Positions 36,526-40,362 of a stretch of DNA of 40,362 bases are shown piece after piece. The notes below the pieces were generated by a model, which saw only the letters and a program-made list of their open reading frames with translations, was not told the origin of the DNA and searched no databases. Made by a program: the position numbers and the translations under genes. Numbering within the stretch: the first letter of the stretch is position 1; each line of letters opens with the position of its first letter. The DNA comes from a phage: the sequence record OZ418233.1; one strand, given 5' to 3'.

Positions 36526-37307
36526 ACAACGTTTTTACCGCGATACAAAACCGTGACGGAGAAGCCCTTTCTCGCATGTCAGGTTATGAGCATCAGTACG
36601 TCAACAATGACAATGTGGTTAACATGTCAGCAGAGAGGCTTGTTGATGCCCTTTTCAAACAGCTGAAACAACTGTTTCCGGCGGCAGTGGTAACCAACCT
36701 GAAGACGCCAGAGCAGGAAGTAGCTGCAAAACAGCAGTGGATTGCTGCGTTTGCCGAAGGGGGGATCCGAACCCGTGAACAGGTTTCTGCTGGTATGCGC
36801 CACGCCCGCGCCAGTGAATCTCCGTTCTGGCCGTCGCCTGGGCAATTCATCAAGTGGTGTAAAGACAGCAAGATGGTTCTTGGCGTCACCATTGACGATG
36901 TGATGGCGGAGTTTCACCGGTACAGCAAGGAAAAAAGTTTATATCCTGGTGGTCCCGAAAGATTCCCGTGGCGACATCCGGTTATGTACTGGGTCGTATG
37001 TGATACCCGCCGTGCAATGTATCAGCGCCAGCTTAGCGAGATTGAGGTTGAGAAACACGCGCGCAGGCTGCTCGATGATTGGGCGAAAAAGGTGGCTTCC
37101 GGACAGCAGATACCGGATCCGGTGATCAGCATACAGGCAAAGCCAGAACCCATGAGTACGCCTCCGGACACAGGGAGAGACGTTTACCATCCACCAGGGC
37201 GAAGTTTCGGGTGCATGCCTAACGCCGCCACCCTTGGGGGAATAACACCGGCGCAGTGGCTGATGGAGGAATACAGGCGGGGAAAGGCGGCAGGATTTAT
37301 CAAGTAA
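36522..37307 (+). CDS. replication protein P-like (helicase loader)
   Basis: Aligns by eye with lambda P as I recall it (NGITTMEQVNAGMRVARRQNRPFLPSPGQFVAWC versus GGIRTREQVSAGMRHARASESPFWPSPGQFIKWC here); GTG start overlapping the O stop with RBS GGGAGGA. Confidence 0.75.
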   Translation: MNNVFTAIQNRDGEALSRMSGYEHQYVNNDNVVNMSAERLVDALFKQLKQLFPAAVVTNLKTPEQEVAAKQQWIAAFAEGGIRTREQVSAGMRHARASESPFWPSPGQFIKWCKDSKMVLGVTIDDVMAEFHRYSKEKSLYPGGPERFPWRHPVMYWVVCDTRRAMYQRQLSEIEVEKHARRLLDDWAKKVASGQQIPDPVISIQAKPEPMSTPPDTGRDVYHPPGRSFGCMPNAATLGGITPAQWLMEEYRRGKAAGFIK

Positions 37308-37344
37308 TACCAGCGCGATAGCGCATTTTTTTACGCCTCGATAG

Positions 37345-37359
37345 TTACCTATTGGGTAA
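37345..37359. promoter_or_regulatory. operator-like motif TTACC-TATTG-GGTAA
   Basis: Perfect palindrome downstream of the P-like gene. Confidence 0.55.
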
Positions 37360-37406
37360 CAAAATATTCTAAATTCTATTGATTTCGTGTCTTATGTGGT
37401 TTTTAA

Positions 37407-37421
37407 TTACCTAAGAGGTAA
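37407..37421. promoter_or_regulatory. operator-like motif TTACC-TAAGA-GGTAA overlapping an RBS
   Basis: Perfect palindrome ending 3 nt before ATG 37425; its right half doubles as the SD (GAGGT). Confidence 0.55.
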
Positions 37422-37424
37422 ATC

Positions 37425-37769
37425 ATGAGAAAACAGATACAGGCTCTTGGTCGACTCAAAACAGGCCAGATGAACAAAACAGAATCTGCGTATTGCCAGC
37501 ACCTTGAGCAGCGTAAACGTGCAGGGGAAATCGCCTGGTATCGATTCGAGGGTATCAAGCTGCGGTTAGCTGATAACACGTTTTATACGCCCGATTTCGC
37601 TGTGATGCTCGCCACCGGCGAGATGGAACTGCACGAAGTGAAAGGTTTCTGGACCGAAGACGCCAGGGTGAAAACCAAAGTCGCCGCAGATCAGTATCCG
37701 TTCCGAATCATCGGGGTAACGGTTAAACCAAAGAAAGCAGGTGGTGGCTGGAAAATCGAAGAGTTCTGA
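37425..37769 (+). CDS. hypothetical protein (114 aa), possibly a small nuclease-fold protein
   Basis: Position after replication genes; acidic/Lys pattern (…YTPDFAVML…ELHEVKG…) could be a PD-(D/E)XK-like core; unverified. Confidence 0.35.
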   Translation: MRKQIQALGRLKTGQMNKTESAYCQHLEQRKRAGEIAWYRFEGIKLRLADNTFYTPDFAVMLATGEMELHEVKGFWTEDARVKTKVAADQYPFRIIGVTVKPKKAGGGWKIEEF

Positions 37770-37830
37770 ATCGACGATCTTTTTAGTTATCAATGTAATC
37801 AATAAGTTATGTGGATAAGCGAGGGTAAAG

Positions 37831-38457
37831 ATGGAAAGTAATATCAAAGGGTTAGTTGCCGCCGGGCATGAGATGGCTTCGGAACTGAAAGCAGAATGTG
37901 GTGCCGTTGATATGCGCAGTGTGGCAAAGCTGATCAGCGATTTGGCAACGCAACTGGAAGTGCAACTGGTGCGTGCTAATGCGCTGGCCGAAGACCAGCA
38001 GAAAGCGATTGAGTCAATTAAGCAGGCTGATTCGGCTGTTAAGTTGGCGCACGAGAAGTTTTCGGCGCTGGCAGCGGAGAATGCGGGGCTGAAACACGCA
38101 ATGGCCGTAACTCTTGAGCATGTGTCGGTCACGGATGCAGGGCAGGCCGGAGTTGCTGCAATGATTATCAACGATGCCCTGCACCACAGCGAAACCCCAG
38201 CCACCGATGCTTTCCTGGCTGAAGTGAAGACTGAAGCACGCAAGGAGGGCGCTTACTTTGTGGCGAACACAATGCTGGCTGCCTGGGAAGCTGGTTTTAT
38301 TGATGATACTGCGAAGAACGCCGCGGATATTGCCCGGATGATTCTTACCTCTACTGAGTTTATGGCTAATGCGCCGGAAGGCGATTTTGACCGCTCATTC
38401 TCTGATGGCGTTCTCGAAGATATCGCCGCCCAGCTTCGCAAAGGAGGCAACCAGTGA
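37831..38457 (+). CDS. hypothetical nin-region protein (208 aa)
   Basis: Ala-rich helical protein with RBS GAGGG upstream; possibly Ea22-like, unverified. Confidence 0.35.
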   Translation: MESNIKGLVAAGHEMASELKAECGAVDMRSVAKLISDLATQLEVQLVRANALAEDQQKAIESIKQADSAVKLAHEKFSALAAENAGLKHAMAVTLEHVSVTDAGQAGVAAMIINDALHHSETPATDAFLAEVKTEARKEGAYFVANTMLAAWEAGFIDDTAKNAADIARMILTSTEFMANAPEGDFDRSFSDGVLEDIAAQLRKGGNQ

Positions 38458-38879
38458 GCAAGATTGACTATCAGGTACTGCGTGAGGCAGCAGTAGCAAT
38501 TGAAACAGTAGCAACGCCTCAAAAATTGCTGGCATTTCGTATGAAAGTCACACCTCAGGTTGTGCTGGCACTACTGGATGAACGGGAAGCAGACAAAAAG
38601 CGCATTGCAGAACTGGAAGCACGGGAAATAAAACCAGCCAAAGGTGAAGTTCTTGTCGTTGTTTCTGGTTTTACTGGTTGCGGAAAAAGCGCCATCGCCG
38701 GGGAAATAGAAATCGCGATGCAGGCTATTGGTGTACCGGTTCAGTGGACTAATGGCGATGCGGAAAAGCGCATGACAGGAGCTGACTGGCTGACAGCGAT
38801 TGAGATGTACAAACCAACAGTGCGCATCGTGGAAGTTAATGTGCCACGCGCCCCTGGCATTCGCATCAAAGGAGAGTGA
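38454..38879 (+). CDS. hypothetical nin-region protein, Ead/Ea22-like (141 aa)
   Basis: GTG start overlapping the upstream stop with RBS AAAGGAGG; N-terminus MSKIDYQVLREAA resembles Ea22-like prophage proteins as I recall them. Confidence 0.4.
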   Translation: MSKIDYQVLREAAVAIETVATPQKLLAFRMKVTPQVVLALLDEREADKKRIAELEAREIKPAKGEVLVVVSGFTGCGKSAIAGEIEIAMQAIGVPVQWTNGDAEKRMTGADWLTAIEMYKPTVRIVEVNVPRAPGIRIKGE

Positions 38880-38880
38880 T

Positions 38881-39453
38881 ATGACCACTATTACCAATAA
38901 GAAACAGTATCCCAGCGAGCAATATCTTAATGAGCTGATCACCAACATGGAGTTTGCCGCAAGGGCACCAGTTGAAGTCGTGAGAGCGATGGCAGCAGAG
39001 CTACAGAAGCGGCGCGAAGCTGATAGTGCAGAACCTGTAAGCCAAACTTACAAGTCACAACACACGCAGTTTGAACAAGTTGCTGACCTCTACGAAATGC
39101 AATTTGATGACGGTCGCACTTGTGCCTTTCACACTGATGCGCAAAAGGCTGCGCAATGGCTTCAGGCATGCGACGGAAACAGGGTTCAGGAATACGTGAA
39201 GCTGGAGCGATTGCGTAATGCGCTATCGGGCAACTATCCGGTAATTCCGGATGGTTGGATAAGCTGTAGTGAGCGAATGCCGGAAGAAACGGGTGACATT
39301 ATTGTTGTTTCTGATGGCATTGTAATGTCAGGGATTTCTTATTCTCGTCGTGACGGGTTCTATATAGCCGCATTGGAGTACGACGACGATGAGCCAATTG
39401 GCGGTGTAACCCACTGGATGCCGCTACCAGAACCGCCGCAGGAGGCGAAATGA
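38881..39453 (+). CDS. hypothetical protein, DUF551-like C-terminus (190 aa)
   Basis: RBS AAAGGAG; C-terminal DGWISCSERMPEE…WMPLPEPP resembles the DUF551 pattern seen in lambdoid prophages. Confidence 0.45.
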   Translation: MTTITNKKQYPSEQYLNELITNMEFAARAPVEVVRAMAAELQKRREADSAEPVSQTYKSQHTQFEQVADLYEMQFDDGRTCAFHTDAQKAAQWLQACDGNRVQEYVKLERLRNALSGNYPVIPDGWISCSERMPEETGDIIVVSDGIVMSGISYSRRDGFYIAALEYDDDEPIGGVTHWMPLPEPPQEAK

Positions 39454-39710
39454 TGGATGTAAAAGAGAAGGTTTTGCAGGTGATGCGTTCCCGGGCTGCC
39501 CTGCAAGATAAAGCTCTCGGCGGGGAATATCCATTCACGATAGCAACCTGGAATCTGCGGTTGGCAATGGAGAAGGAATTTCCTGATGAAGAATGGCGTT
39601 CGGCAGATTTGCGCAAAATTCTTATGGAAATGGCTAAAGACGGAACAGTATCCAAAGATACCTATGCCAGCCGGATTGGTCAGGCGGTATGGAGACTGGA
39701 GGTGCGGTAA
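39450..39710 (+). CDS. hypothetical small protein (86 aa)
   Basis: ATG overlaps upstream stop (ATGA) with RBS GGAGG. Confidence 0.35.
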   Translation: MMDVKEKVLQVMRSRAALQDKALGGEYPFTIATWNLRLAMEKEFPDEEWRSADLRKILMEMAKDGTVSKDTYASRIGQAVWRLEVR

Positions 39711-39991
39711 TGGCTAACCTACAGCTTGCTGTCAAAGGTGAATACTTCGATGCCATGATTCGCGGAGAGAAAACGGAGGAGTATCGCCTGTGTAATGACT
39801 ATTGGAATAAGCGAATTATGTTCCGGGAATATGACCGCCTGATTATCACAAAGGGATATCCGAAGCGCGACGATTCCAGTCGCAGAATAGACGTCCCGTA
39901 TGACGGATATGAAATCAAGACAATCACACATCCGCACTTCGGCGATAAACCGGTAAAGGTGTTCGCGATAAAGGTGAATATTGATGGCTAA
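39710..39991 (+). CDS. ASCH/PUA-like small protein (93 aa)
   Basis: Start overlaps upstream stop (TAATG); MANLQLAVKGEYFDAMIRGEKTEEYR fits the N-terminal pattern of ASCH-type domains; unverified. Confidence 0.4.
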   Translation: MANLQLAVKGEYFDAMIRGEKTEEYRLCNDYWNKRIMFREYDRLIITKGYPKRDDSSRRIDVPYDGYEIKTITHPHFGDKPVKVFAIKVNIDG

Positions 39992-40322
39992 ATCAGCAGC
40001 AGAGCGCAAAGCCGCTCAGAGAGCCAGACAAGCTGCATCTGGTGTGCGTAAGCTGGAAATTGTGCTTGATGCTCAGGAAATTGAAATGCTGGAGCGTAAC
40101 TGTGCCACGCGTCGCCCCGGGCGTGCGTCTTACGAATTTGGTGAGTATATAGCGTTATTGATCCGCCAGGATGATGCACGCGTGCACGGGCGTATAAAAT
40201 CGATCAGCAGAAAACGTTGCGGTAAGTGCGGCGAGAGAGTTCCAGTTAATTCATGCCCGTGTAATGGTGACTCGCAATGCTGGGTGACTAAAGGCTGGCA
40301 TGAAACGAAATTAATAGTGTGA
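39984..40322 (+). CDS. hypothetical basic protein with C-terminal zinc-ribbon-like CxxC pairs (112 aa)
   Basis: ATG 39984; basic N-terminus with a ribbon-helix-helix-like segment; C-terminal CGKCG…CPC cysteine cluster. Confidence 0.35.
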   Translation: MAKSAAERKAAQRARQAASGVRKLEIVLDAQEIEMLERNCATRRPGRASYEFGEYIALLIRQDDARVHGRIKSISRKRCGKCGERVPVNSCPCNGDSQCWVTKGWHETKLIV

Positions 40323-40362
40323 CATGTTACGAGTAGATTATGCATGATGAATTTGATGGGTT

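Noticed and set aside
37566-38243. 225-aa minus-strand ORF
   Set aside because: Antisense to plus-strand nin-region genes that are organised as coupled ORFs; Ala/Ser-rich artefact-like composition.
40340-40362. ATG-initiated ORF running off the window end
   Set aside because: Only 23 nt remain in the window; cannot be assessed.

Overview
The window reads as one temperate phage genome unit of Enterobacteriaceae type (about 39.05 kb of phage DNA plus a 1.31 kb IS3-family insertion), with no recognisable host flank. From left to right: small and large terminase; a minus-strand tRNA-Arg(UCU); a podovirus-style virion module whose proteins resemble T7 gp6.7, portal gp8, scaffold, major capsid, tail tubular proteins A/B and internal ejection proteins (resemblance judged from memory of T7 sequences, not searched); an accessory island (20.6-24.4 kb) with membrane, AT-rich and Bro-family genes; a mosaic tailspike; a lysis cassette (endolysin, Rz/Rz1 spanins); a tyrosine integrase; a leftward early operon (AlpA-like, RecT, exonuclease, MT-A70 methylase); a repressor/Cro-like switch; lambda O/P-like replication genes with iterons; and a nin-like block of small genes. 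The overall layout resembles epsilon15/phiV10-type temperate podophages, but that is recollection, not a database result. The three observations I rate highest are: (1) a palindromic 15-bp motif TTACC-N5-GGTAA at 12 intergenic sites plus one partial site, tying the immunity region, early operons, int and accessory genes into one candidate regulon; (2) a near-consensus LexA box in front of a small Bro-C-terminal-like gene, combined with a two-HTH repressor that has no peptidase domain, which suggests SOS induction through an antirepressor; (3) an IS629-like element that truncates a virion internal protein gene with a clean 3-bp target duplication. An operator-controlled AT-rich two-gene cassette of unknown function is the best candidate for an undescribed accessory system. 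All functional calls are from reading the translations and sequence by eye; no searches or structure predictions were run.
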